Origin: Nostoc punctiforme PCC 73102
GTDB taxonomy: Bacteria > Cyanobacteriota > Cyanobacteriia > Cyanobacteriales > Nostocaceae
Reading direction: 5' to 3'
NCBI RefSeq assembly: GCF_000020025.1
Contig: NC_010628.1
Location: 6,630,001 to 6,662,000 of the forward strand
DNA length: 32,000 bases
A program made the translations under genes and the position numbers. Each line of letters begins with the position of its first letter. Within the stretch, counting starts at the first letter, position 1. This document shows positions 8,430 to 17,485 of the stretch, one piece after another. The notes under the pieces were generated by a model. The model saw only the letters and a program-made list of their open reading frames with translations, made no database searches and was not told where the DNA came from.

Positions 8430-10322
8430 ATGCAAATAATTGAAATTTCTCCATTCCAAGCATTTCGCCGGAGTGTGACGACGGTAATGCAAGTAGTTCC
8501 AAAGGAGCTACGCTATGTGGCAATTTTGACATTACTGGGTGGTGCAGGCCCAGCGATCGCCATTTGGCTCAATAAGATAATTATTGATGAAATTACCCGT
8601 TTATTGAGTACGGGAACAACGCAGAATGCGATCGCTCTGATTCTTTCTCAACCTGTGCTACTCTCCAGTATTGCAGGTTCATTGCTGGTGAATTTGGTAA
8701 GTGATGCGATCGCTAACATCAATAGTTTTGTATATACTTCCCTGCGCGATCGGATTACAGGCTTTATCCAAGGGCAAGTAATTGAGAAGGTTGCCACTTT
8801 TGAAGATATTGCCCTGTTTGAAACACCTGACTTACTCAATTTGTTGCAGTTGACCGAAAAGGGAATGCAACGACTTCCAGAGCTTTGTATCAGGTTGGTA
8901 ACGATGTTAGAGGGAATTTTTATCTTCATTCCAGCCATACTGCTTTCGGTGTCCCTTGCTTGGTGGATACCACTAATTTTGTTTAGCTGCGTTACTCCTG
9001 CTATGTATGTAGAAAGGAAATATCGTAAGCAAGTTTGGAGGGTAGAAAAAACCCAAGCCAGTCTTCTTCGAGAAATGAACTTATATAAAACGGTTTTAAC
9101 TGGAGAGACATACGCCAAAGAAATACGCTTGTTTAGTTTGCAGCCTTTACTACTAGAACGTTGGTATGGACTTTATCGCACCATTTTTAGAGCAATGGAA
9201 CAGATCCGTCGTCGGGGGACAACGGCGGTTATTAGTTGGTCTTTACTCAGTGGCTTAGGCTTTGCGTTGCCATATTTATACGTAGTTCAGGGAGTGCTAG
9301 ATAGAACCCATACTTTAGGGGATTTGGCGCTTTACACTGGGGTAATTTTAGAAGTGCGTCGAAGTTTGGATAATTTGATGTCTGGCGGGTCAGAGTTGTA
9401 TGATATTGCACTGGCAACAACGCCCATTTTCCAACTTTTGGAATTAGAGCCGCAATTATCCAGTTCTCAATCAAAGTCATGGGGAAAAATCAGGGAATCG
9501 GCTGCTAACAATCAGAACTTTCAAAGAAATGGAAATCGGGAAAGTTTATCGGGTGAAGCATTACAGACAGGTATTGACATCAAAAATCTATCCTTTACCT
9601 ATCCAAATAGCGAGCGCCCCATCCTGAAAAATATCAACCTGAAAATTCACCCCAACGAGATGATTGTATTGGTGGGTGAAAATGGTGCTGGTAAGACGAC
9701 TTTAACAAAGCTATTGTGTCGGCTCTATGACCCTAGCCAGGGTGCGATTATTTGGAATGGGGAGGATTTGCGATCGCTCCCGTTAGAAGATTTGCGATCA
9801 CGGATTGATGTAGTTATGCAAGATTATGCACGTTTTCCGACTACCGTGCGCGAAAATGTTGCCTTTGGCAATTTACCTAAAATGCAGGATGACGAAGCGA
9901 TTAAGGAAGCGATCGCTGAGGCTGGTTTGGCGAAAGTAATTGAGAAGCTAGATGGTGGTTTGGAAACCCTCTTAGGCAAACAGCTAGAGGGTGGTATTGA
10001 TTTATCAGGGGGACAATGGCAGAGATTAGCGATCGCTCGTGCTTTGTTGCGACTGTCTCCAGCCGAATTACTCATACTTGATGAGCCAACAGCAAATCTT
10101 GACCCCAAAACAGAACATGAGATTTACAACATTTTGCGTACTCTAGCGAAGGGGAGAATAGCCGTTGTAGTTAGCCATCGCCTCGCCTTAGCAAAACTAG
10201 CAGACCGAGTAGTAGTACTAGAACACGGTCAAATTATCGAAGTAGGCACTCATGATGAACTCATCGCACTCGGCGGACAGTATCATTTGATGTTTACTCG
10301 TCAAGCTAGTAGTTACAACTAA
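8430..10322 (+). CDS. ABC exporter, fused permease plus ATPase (homodimer type)
   Basis: The ORF is open from a TTG at 8403, and the first ATG is at 8430. The N-terminal half is hydrophobic (TMD). Walker A is GENGAGKTT, the signature LSGGQWQR, Walker B LLILDEPT and the H-loop VVSHRL. Confidence 0.85.
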   Translation: MQIIEISPFQAFRRSVTTVMQVVPKELRYVAILTLLGGAGPAIAIWLNKIIIDEITRLLSTGTTQNAIALILSQPVLLSSIAGSLLVNLVSDAIANINSFVYTSLRDRITGFIQGQVIEKVATFEDIALFETPDLLNLLQLTEKGMQRLPELCIRLVTMLEGIFIFIPAILLSVSLAWWIPLILFSCVTPAMYVERKYRKQVWRVEKTQASLLREMNLYKTVLTGETYAKEIRLFSLQPLLLERWYGLYRTIFRAMEQIRRRGTTAVISWSLLSGLGFALPYLYVVQGVLDRTHTLGDLALYTGVILEVRRSLDNLMSGGSELYDIALATTPIFQLLELEPQLSSSQSKSWGKIRESAANNQNFQRNGNRESLSGEALQTGIDIKNLSFTYPNSERPILKNINLKIHPNEMIVLVGENGAGKTTLTKLLCRLYDPSQGAIIWNGEDLRSLPLEDLRSRIDVVMQDYARFPTTVRENVAFGNLPKMQDDEAIKEAIAEAGLAKVIEKLDGGLETLLGKQLEGGIDLSGGQWQRLAIARALLRLSPAELLILDEPTANLDPKTEHEIYNILRTLAKGRIAVVVSHRLALAKLADRVVVLEHGQIIEVGTHDELIALGGQYHLMFTRQASSYN

Positions 10323-10531
10323 GTAGGGGGATAAGGGAGCAGAGGGAAAGGATTAAGAAGATTTTACCCTATATCCTCCTTTCTTTTAATGCTGTATTTT
10401 ATACTTTTTAAGTTTTATAGCAGTAATTTCACCTGCTATATTACAAAAATCTATAGATAAAAACCGTGTTGACTCTGAAGCCAAAAATGATGTTTCTGTT
10501 GAATTATTAAGGTATCTAAGGTAACTACTTG

Positions 10532-10924
10532 ATGAGCAGAAATACTGAAAAAATGGCAGATGACTTTAATCAAAACCAAACCTCAGATTCTCCTTGGAAT
10601 CCTTTCGTGCCTACTAAAAGAGATATAAGCAGAACTAAAGAGCTATCAGAAAAAAGCCCTATCGTAGCTGGCGTGTTAACATTTTTTTTTATCCCTGCTG
10701 GCATGATTTATCTCGATAGAGGAGTAAATAATCTAAAAATTCTTGGATATGTATTTGTCACTGTTTTGATAATCTGTATATTTACATACGAAAAAAAAGA
10801 CCCTCTAAAAACACTAAGAATGGCTAATCTAGTTGAATTATGTGGTAAGGTAGCTATAATTACGGAGAATGTCAAAGCAGTTACTCTAGCCCGTAAGCGA
10901 TTACGTTCTAAGCAGTCTTCATAA
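10532..10924 (+). CDS. Hypothetical small membrane protein
   Basis: 130-aa ORF (ATG at 10532) with two hydrophobic segments, PIVAGVLTFFFIPAGMIY and ILGYVFVTVLIICIF. The context is AT-rich. I recognise no family. Confidence 0.45.
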   Translation: MSRNTEKMADDFNQNQTSDSPWNPFVPTKRDISRTKELSEKSPIVAGVLTFFFIPAGMIYLDRGVNNLKILGYVFVTVLIICIFTYEKKDPLKTLRMANLVELCGKVAIITENVKAVTLARKRLRSKQSS

Positions 10925-11056
10925 TTACTCAATATTAACTACTGTGCCTCAGCCGAAAATTATAAACAAGCTTTTATTATTTGGTATATAAGTTTGCCAC
11001 CAGATAAAAAAGCTTGCTTTTGTAGGCTCAGATATATTTCACACGAATGCGAAACA

Positions 11057-12250
11057 CTACTCCGGTAATTTATACTGCTCAACAATACGCTTGGCAAACT
11101 CTGGAACGTGCGCTTCTAATTTTTCTGGATGATTTCGCTTCACATACAAATAATTCCGAGTAAAGTGAGAATCAATCGAAAACCGCGCATATTCTAAACC
11201 CTTGGGGCCGATTTTTTCGATAACTACACCCATAAGTTTCGCTGCCCACATGGGGAGGGTAACGCCTTTATCGTAAGCGGGAATACTTTGCTGTACAGCT
11301 TCCTTGCGGTTGCCTTTAGACGTAACTGGTTGGGTGTCTAACTGGTCTTGCACCAAATCTAGCATTTCCTTACCAGTGTCATTTCTAACTACAATCCATT
11401 GCCAGCCGAAGGGTGCGCCCATGTAGCCAACAACTAAATCGGCTAGGGAGTTGACATAATCAAAACAACTCATACAAGATGGGGCAAAGACATCTTTGAG
11501 TTTGTTGGTCTTCAAGCCAAAGAAAGGCACTGTTTCTGATGAGCCATCCTCATGTTTGAAGTGAACCCGGAAGTCTTGCATGAATTCGTAATGGACAACT
11601 GTCTCTGGCGATCGGCTGGTGGTTTCTAAGAATTTTTGTAGTCCGGCGCGGTTAACATTATCTACGCAGGGTGTACCCAAAACATACAGCTTTTCTAAAC
11701 CCAGTTGTTTTTCTACGGCTCGTAGCGCCTGGATTTGGCAACCAACACCAATTACCAACAGCCGCTTCATCCCCGATTTTTCTATCTGTTCCAATACGGA
11801 AAGGTTAGGGGAAAGCGTTGGTTTATTTACCCGCGCTGCTAGTATTTCTTCTGGAGTTCGGGCAATGATGGGCATGGGTTGAAAGCGGTCTTCTTTGGTG
11901 TTTTGCACACAAACCACACCTTCAACTAAGCCACGATTGAGCATTTCAATCGCAATGCTGCTAACAATACCCGTCCATTGTGCGCCTTCGATGGGCTGCT
12001 GTTTCCGCGCCGCTATCATGTCTTGGTGGACACCAAAGTATAGCTCATCGGGATTGTCGAGATGGCGCGATCGCGTGTGCGTTTCAACTTCTAGTTCGCC
12101 TATTTGCTGATTAATAAAAGCGCAGGCTTCCTTGACATAATGAATATAGTATGTATCGCATAGTCCGCACTCGCTACAAAGTTCTTTAGCAGGGCGGCGG
12201 CTGGTAGGTTTTAAGGCTTTGGCTTTTTTGTGAGGAGAAACTGAGGTCAT
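11057..12250 (-). CDS. bciB: FrhB-family iron-sulfur flavoprotein, ferredoxin-dependent 8-vinyl (divinyl chlorophyllide) reductase BciB type
   Basis: 397-aa ORF. The N-terminal CSECGLCDTYYIHYVKEACAF and the central LLVIGVGCQIQALR and YVLGTPCVDN closely match my recollection of Synechocystis Slr1923 and its plant HCAR relatives. Confidence 0.8.
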   Translation of the reverse strand: MTSVSPHKKAKALKPTSRRPAKELCSECGLCDTYYIHYVKEACAFINQQIGELEVETHTRSRHLDNPDELYFGVHQDMIAARKQQPIEGAQWTGIVSSIAIEMLNRGLVEGVVCVQNTKEDRFQPMPIIARTPEEILAARVNKPTLSPNLSVLEQIEKSGMKRLLVIGVGCQIQALRAVEKQLGLEKLYVLGTPCVDNVNRAGLQKFLETTSRSPETVVHYEFMQDFRVHFKHEDGSSETVPFFGLKTNKLKDVFAPSCMSCFDYVNSLADLVVGYMGAPFGWQWIVVRNDTGKEMLDLVQDQLDTQPVTSKGNRKEAVQQSIPAYDKGVTLPMWAAKLMGVVIEKIGPKGLEYARFSIDSHFTRNYLYVKRNHPEKLEAHVPEFAKRIVEQYKLPE

Positions 12251-12342
12251 ATAAATTTTTTGTTTTATCCAGTAATCGCTTTTATTACAATACCTTTACT
12301 GGCTATGAATTCTTTCAACTCTCCTCCTCAAAAAGAAAGCAC

Positions 12343-13137
12343 TCAGAAAGGGAAGAACTGGAGCAAGACTGAGCCAAGGCTTCCCAAAAAGTCAACGAAA
12401 CTGGGGCTACCAGCGCTTACCTTATCATTTACGGGTGTTTGCAGTTCTTTAATAAAGGCTTGGGCTGTTTGTGTTCCAGGGCCATTGTTTTGGGATGTAA
12501 ACAATTTTTCAGCAACTTGGGCATCTTGGAATGCACCTTGTCTATCTAGTATTTGGTAACGGGCGACACCACGGGCTAAATAAGCACCAGCATATTCTGG
12601 TTGAATAGCGATCGCTTGATTAAAATAACTGATTGCTTGCTGTTGGTTGCCTTTTTGACCTTCCGCTACACCCAAAGCATAAAATTCGTCTGGTGAAGCA
12701 ATTTGTGATGGTATACCAACTGCACCTTGGAAGTTAGCACCATTCAAGTAAGCACCTTTCATTTCTGCATTTGTTAGATAAGTATTTCTCAAATCAGCAC
12801 CCGCCAAATTTGCCCCGCTAAATTTAGCTTCGCTCAGGTTAACACCAAATAAACTAGCGCCACTCAAGTTTGCACCCCGTAAATCAGCGCCGCTCAAGTT
12901 TGCACGGCTAAGGTTAGCACCTGTAAGATTAGCCCCGCTCAAATTAGCTCCAGATAAGTCAGCCATTACTAAACCTGCATTAACCAAATCACAGTTTTGA
13001 CATTGCTTGGTTGCTAATAATTGTCTAATATGTTCAGAATTTGCTGCTTGTACGCTTGTTGTCAAACTAATCGTGGTTAAAAATGCGGCTACACCTAGAA
13101 TTCGGTTCTTCATATTCGCGTAATATTTTTTACTCAA
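12343..13137 (-). CDS. Secreted pentapeptide-repeat protein with C-terminal TPR-like region
   Basis: The signal peptide is MKNRILGVAAFLTTISLTTSVQA. It is followed by KQCQNCDL, a long run of A(D/N)LSGANL pentapeptides, and the TPR-like AISYFNQAIAIQPEYAGAYLARG. The start could be 13137 or 13113. Confidence 0.85.
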   Translation of the reverse strand: MSKKYYANMKNRILGVAAFLTTISLTTSVQAANSEHIRQLLATKQCQNCDLVNAGLVMADLSGANLSGANLTGANLSRANLSGADLRGANLSGASLFGVNLSEAKFSGANLAGADLRNTYLTNAEMKGAYLNGANFQGAVGIPSQIASPDEFYALGVAEGQKGNQQQAISYFNQAIAIQPEYAGAYLARGVARYQILDRQGAFQDAQVAEKLFTSQNNGPGTQTAQAFIKELQTPVNDKVSAGSPSFVDFLGSLGSVLLQFFPF

Positions 13138-13607
13138 TATTCAACCTTGACTGAGATGGATTTATACCTCAGCATTATGATATGAGCAATCTTTACAATT
13201 TGACCTCTGTAGTTACCTATATCACTTGTAAATTTGGGTATAAGGGTTATAGGTTAGATTTAATACACCGTGTTTGCCGGGTATACCTTCTGTTGCGTCT
13301 GGTATACGATCGCATTTCTCTATTTTATAAATAAGCGATCGCATTGTAGAAAAATAACCAAGCTATGCCTATCAAGCAAAATGATGTACCTTCACAATAG
13401 TCGAAAATCAGGTAACAACCCTAAACTCAGTGCAAAACATCTCTTTAAATCAAGCATCTGCGACATCCAAATAGTTAGGATTTTCTTCAAGAAAGTAAAT
13501 CAGTGGAGCCGTATACAAGTCAAGGGGCAAAAAGAAAAATTTGCTTTTGTATTCCCCGATTTTAAATAAATATGAGACTATAGAAACATTAAAGCAGTCA
13601 GAAAAAC

Positions 13608-13874
13608 GTGAGTCAGCAAGACAAACTCTTAGACAAAATTCTCTCTGGGACTTCTGATACAGACATCCCTTTCGCCCAACTGTGGCAACTCTTATATACA
13701 CTAGGCTTTGAAGAACGTATTCGTGGCGATCATCGTATTTTTGTCAAAGCCGATGTTGAAGAAATATTGAACCTGCAACATAAAAAAGGAAAAGCTAAAA
13801 GCTATCAAATTAAACAAGTTAGGGCAGTGATTCTCAAGTATAAGCTAGGAAGTAAAAATAATGTTTCGGTATGA
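13608..13874 (+). CDS. hicA: HicA-family type II toxin (mRNA interferase), GTG start
   Basis: 88-aa ORF with LLYTLGFEERIRGDHRIFVK, the HicA-like GF..RG(S/D)H motif. It overlaps the downstream HicB-like ORF by 14 nt. Confidence 0.7.
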   Translation: MSQQDKLLDKILSGTSDTDIPFAQLWQLLYTLGFEERIRGDHRIFVKADVEEILNLQHKKGKAKSYQIKQVRAVILKYKLGSKNNVSV

Positions 13875-14070
13875 AATTATTCTCTACTGGAGTGAATTAG
13901 ATCAAGCCTTTATTGCTGAAGTACCAGAATTGTCAGGTTGTGCTGCTGACGGTAATACTTATCAAGAAGCCCTGCATAATGTAGAATTAGTTATGCAGCA
14001 ATGGATAGAAACGGCTAAAGATTTAGGGCGTTCAGTTCCTCAACCTAGACCACGTTTGATGTATATTTAA
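13861..14070 (+). CDS. hicB: HicB-family (UPF0150) antitoxin
   Basis: 69-aa ORF. YEIILYWSELDQAFIAEVPELSGCAADGNTYQEALHNVELVMQQWIETAKDLGRSVP is the typical HicB N-terminal domain pattern. Confidence 0.75.
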   Translation: MFRYEIILYWSELDQAFIAEVPELSGCAADGNTYQEALHNVELVMQQWIETAKDLGRSVPQPRPRLMYI

Positions 14071-14120
14071 TTGATACAAAAGCCAAGTCAAACTTAATAC
14101 GCTTGGGTTAAGAAAAATTG

Positions 14121-14192
14121 GAGGTTGAGTTAAGCAAAGTCCAACCCAACAAAGCCCCAGAAATGTTGGGTTTCGTTCCTAAACCCAACCTA
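14121..14192. repeat. Nostocales-type hairpin repeat (GTTGGGTTT..AAACCCAAC), one perfect and one degenerate unit
   Basis: The perfect 9-bp stem is GTTGGGTTT (14165-14173) / AAACCCAAC (14181-14189) with a 7-nt loop. The upstream unit GGTTGAGTTAAGCAAAGTCCAACCCAAC is degenerate. Confidence 0.55.
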
Positions 14193-14324
14193 AGCAATTT
14201 AAGGGTTTTGGTTCTAACTACACCGTATTGAAGTCAAACTAATTTTTTAACATCATCAGAAATATTTGACACCATCTGCCACAATTGTATCTATAGCAAT
14301 TCTCAATCATTTATGAAAAGTTAA

Positions 14325-14353
14325 ATACCCGACTTCTCAAAAAATTCGGGTAT
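14325..14353 (-). terminator. Hairpin just downstream of the methyltransferase gene
   Basis: Perfect 8-bp stem ATACCCGA / TCGGGTAT with a 13-nt loop, 17 nt after the stop codon. The trailing T-run is weak. Confidence 0.4.
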
Positions 14354-14369
14354 CGTGTAATTGGAAAGG

Positions 14370-15431
14370 TTAGTTACTGGAAATCTTACAAATTACCATG
14401 ATATGTGATTTGTATTTGTCAGTACTATATTGAATAAGTTGCAGTCCAGAACGTTCTAGTTCTTGCAAAAGCTTAGGCATTTCATATTTATGATGTCGCC
14501 AAATAGTAATTTCTTCACCTTCAGAGATTTCAATCTTTTTATCTATCCCCATCCGGCTGAAATTTATAGTGTAATCATGATTAAATCTTATGTTAGCAAC
14601 TATACTATCGGTTTTCAAATCATACTTTCTCACCAATTCGCAACCTTCAGATTCAATCCCAACCTTGTTTTTAACCCATCCATATATTTCTTCTACATGA
14701 TACTTACAGCCACCTCTGACGTTTCCATCCCATTTTGAGTTAGAGCCAATTTCATTAGTGAACACTAAGAAATCATTTTTGCCCATGCTCTCTCTAAAGT
14801 TTTTGAATACCTTATCTCTATTTTGATGGTTTCCAATAGTAACACCTAAGTGTAAAAATATTTTTGCTGTATTGTCCATTTCAAGATCAGGATTATTTTG
14901 AAATAAGGTTTTTGGTACACAATTATTTTCTATGTCAATTGTAGAACTGATAAATTCAACATTGGGAAACCATTTTTTAAAATTATTCTTTGATAAATTC
15001 AGTAATTCTTCACTAATATCTAAGGCAACATATTTATTGATCTTATTTAATTTATTAAGTCTTTGAACAAAGTCTTTAACTGGATAGGAATTCCCTGCAC
15101 CGACATCTACTATATTGATTTTCTCACCACTTTTAATATTGTCATTAAAATATTTAAAATTGCTTTTTAAAAGCTCAATTTCTACATTAGATATTCGATA
15201 CCATCTAGGAATGATATATTTTTGATAAAAATCATCCCAAATTTTTGCACCTCTCCCTTTATAAGAATACTTTAATGGGATTTCTCGTCTGATTTCTAAA
15301 GCACAAATTATTCCTAAAATTTCTTCTTCCGAAAAAATAGAGTAGAACTCAGAACTTGGCTTTGCTGTGCGACTGATAGCAGTTGACATCTCTGAGGAAA
15401 CTTGGGAATTGTCATGAAAATTTTGAGCCAT
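14370..15431 (-). CDS. EgtD-like SAM-dependent methyltransferase (Methyltransf_33 / histidine N-alpha-methyltransferase family), substrate unknown
   Basis: The ORF is open to a TTG at 15479, and the first ATG is at 15431. Block-by-block resemblance to EgtD covers IPLKYSYKGRGAKIWDDFY..IPRWY..E..LL, IVDVGAGNSYPVKDFV, YVALDISEELL, FLHLGVTIGN and EEITIWRHHKYEMPKLLQELERSGL. It is visibly AT-rich and contains no HIP1. Confidence 0.7.
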   Translation of the reverse strand: MAQNFHDNSQVSSEMSTAISRTAKPSSEFYSIFSEEEILGIICALEIRREIPLKYSYKGRGAKIWDDFYQKYIIPRWYRISNVEIELLKSNFKYFNDNIKSGEKINIVDVGAGNSYPVKDFVQRLNKLNKINKYVALDISEELLNLSKNNFKKWFPNVEFISSTIDIENNCVPKTLFQNNPDLEMDNTAKIFLHLGVTIGNHQNRDKVFKNFRESMGKNDFLVFTNEIGSNSKWDGNVRGGCKYHVEEIYGWVKNKVGIESEGCELVRKYDLKTDSIVANIRFNHDYTINFSRMGIDKKIEISEGEEITIWRHHKYEMPKLLQELERSGLQLIQYSTDKYKSHIMVICKISSN

Positions 15432-15636
15432 TATTCTTGTTCTTTGGTTTTCTTCGGTATTTAAATGGATTAGCCGCAATGCTTGCCAAAGATGTATCTT
15501 CCCATGCCGTTGTCCCCAAATTTGAACCGGAATTTAAACTTTTCATCATAAATAGATCCCATATTCCCTATTGACCAGTTGTTTTTTTACAATCAAAGTG
15601 CGAGATAATTTTCCAAAGATAGAGGGGTGAATTCTA

Positions 15637-17430
15637 GTGGTTCAGCAACCAAAACTCCAGGAAACTTCGTCGATACAGTCAATACAGCGTGTGCTGAAAA
15701 GTTTAAGCACTTACCGATGGACTTCGCTAGGAGCATTGGTCAGCCTGTTACTGTTGACGATCGCAAATGCCGTTACCCCACAACTATTTAGATGGGGAAT
15801 CGATCGGGGTATTACCCAAAAAAATCTCCAAGTTGTGCTGTACAGCGCCGCCTGGATGGTACTCGCCGCGATCGCTCGTGGTTTATTTAACTTTGGACAA
15901 AGCTATTTAGCAGAAGCAGCCTCTCAAGGTGTAGCTTATGACCTGCGAAACAAGATTTTCAGCAAAATTCAAAATCTCAGTTTCAGCTATCACGATCAGG
16001 CGCAGACTTCCCAACTCTTAACCCGTGTCACCAGCGATATTGAGCAGATCCGTACCTTTGTTGGTACTAGCTTAATTCAGGTCATTGGTGGAGTTGTCAC
16101 ACTGGTAACTATTGCAGTAATTTTGCTGGTGATGAACTGGGAACTAGCACTGATTACCCTAACAGCAGTACCCATATCAGCATGGTTGATGGCAAGATTT
16201 GTCGGTCGGAATAACAAACTTTTTCGGCAAGTACAAGAGCAATTAAGCGACCTGAATGCTGTATTGCAAGAGAACTTGTTAGGAATACGGGTAGTGAAAG
16301 CCTTTGTCCGAGAATCAGCCGAAAGGTCGCGTTACACAACCCTAAATGATGGTCTAGTTAGGGCAAACATGAAGACCATTAGCGCTATCCATAATACTTT
16401 CCCCTTTATCTTTTTGCTGAGTAACTTTGTCACACTGGCGGTTTTCGGCTACGGAGGAGCGCAGGTAATTGGGCGTAGATTTTCCATTGGCGAACTGGTG
16501 GCGTTTAACTCCTATCTGGCGTTGATTCTCCAACCAATTTTGTTGATTGGATTTGCTGCACCTGCGATCGCTCAATCAGCCGCTTCTGCTGAACGAGTCT
16601 ATGAAGTTGTCGATGCAGAAGTAGAAATTCGCGATCGCCCCGGTGCTGTTCCATTCGACACCTGCGTTGGTAGAATCACCTTTGAAAATGTTTCCTTTCG
16701 CTATCCGGGAGCCACGACTGAAACCCTCAAAGAAGTTTCCTTTGAAACAAGGCCCAAAGAGCTAATCGCCGTTCTCGGAATGACTGGTTCCGGGAAAAGC
16801 ACAATTATGAACCTACTTGCCCGTTTTTATGATGTCACAGGGGGAGCAGTTCGCATTGACGGACGAGATGTCAAAGATTTCACACTCAAAAGCCTGCGAT
16901 CGCGGATTGGCATTGTATTTCAGGAAACTACCCTTTTCTCTGGCACAATCCGCGAAAATATTGCCTACGCTAAACCCGATGCAACCCTAGAGCAAGTGAT
17001 TGAGGTTGCAAAAACCGCCCAAATGCACGATTTTATTATCAGTTTACCCGATGGCTACGAGACGATTGTGGGTGAACGGGGCGTAGGTTTATCTGGTGGA
17101 CAAAAACAAAGAATTGCGATCGCTCGAACCTTACTAACCGATTACAGCATTCTGATTTTGGACGATAGTACCTCAGCCGTAGATGCCAAAACTGCTGCTC
17201 ATATTCAAGCCGAACTAGATGGCTTAATGCGCCAAAAAGCTTGTACAACTTTTGTAGTAGCTCAACGCATTAGCACCGTTAAGAATGCCGATCGGATTTT
17301 TCTGATGGATAAAGGTCGATTAGTCGCCCAAGGTACTCACGAAGAATTGATGGAAACCAGCCCCCTCTACGGTGTGATTTTGGAATCTCAGGTAAAGGCG
17401 AAAGAAAAAAATGATACAAAACTAAGATAA
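15637..17430 (+). CDS. ABC exporter half-transporter, subunit with degenerate ATPase motifs (heterodimer partner A), GTG start
   Basis: 597-aa TMD-NBD. Walker A is GMTGSGKST and the signature LSGGQKQR. Walker B ILILDDSTS has Asp in place of the catalytic Glu. The H-loop VVAQRIS has Gln in place of His. SD-like GAGGGG lies upstream. Confidence 0.9.
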   Translation: MVQQPKLQETSSIQSIQRVLKSLSTYRWTSLGALVSLLLLTIANAVTPQLFRWGIDRGITQKNLQVVLYSAAWMVLAAIARGLFNFGQSYLAEAASQGVAYDLRNKIFSKIQNLSFSYHDQAQTSQLLTRVTSDIEQIRTFVGTSLIQVIGGVVTLVTIAVILLVMNWELALITLTAVPISAWLMARFVGRNNKLFRQVQEQLSDLNAVLQENLLGIRVVKAFVRESAERSRYTTLNDGLVRANMKTISAIHNTFPFIFLLSNFVTLAVFGYGGAQVIGRRFSIGELVAFNSYLALILQPILLIGFAAPAIAQSAASAERVYEVVDAEVEIRDRPGAVPFDTCVGRITFENVSFRYPGATTETLKEVSFETRPKELIAVLGMTGSGKSTIMNLLARFYDVTGGAVRIDGRDVKDFTLKSLRSRIGIVFQETTLFSGTIRENIAYAKPDATLEQVIEVAKTAQMHDFIISLPDGYETIVGERGVGLSGGQKQRIAIARTLLTDYSILILDDSTSAVDAKTAAHIQAELDGLMRQKACTTFVVAQRISTVKNADRIFLMDKGRLVAQGTHEELMETSPLYGVILESQVKAKEKNDTKLR

Positions 17431-17485
17431 ATAGTGTTGCTTGAGATTTTTATAACAACCTAGTAATCCAAAATTTAAAATTGCT

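Noticed and set aside
8648-9118. 156-aa ORF antisense to the ABC exporter gene. Similar antisense ORFs occur at 6490..6813, 9824..10108, 17914..18282 and 11619..12110.
   Set aside because: Each lies opposite a strongly supported CDS with clear motifs and has no recognisable motif itself. Such ORFs are typical shadows of the coding strand.
12260-12559. 99-aa + strand ORF
   Set aside because: It is antisense to the 3' part of the well-supported pentapeptide/TPR gene and extends into the bciB upstream region. It has no motif.
12780-12960. 15-bp periodic DNA repeats that could be mistaken for a tandem repeat or CRISPR-like array
   Set aside because: The periodicity is fully explained by the A(D/N)LSGANL pentapeptide repeats encoded on the minus strand. 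There are no unique spacers.
13270-13701. Overlapping 99-aa (+) and 83-aa (-) ORFs upstream of hicA
   Set aside because: They are AT-rich, mutually overlapping and partly overlap hicA. They have no motif and low-complexity translations. This is more likely a promoter or intergenic region.
15383-15574. 63-aa + strand ORF between the methyltransferase and ABC genes
   Set aside because: It overlaps the methyltransferase 5' end antisense and the divergent promoter region, with no motif.
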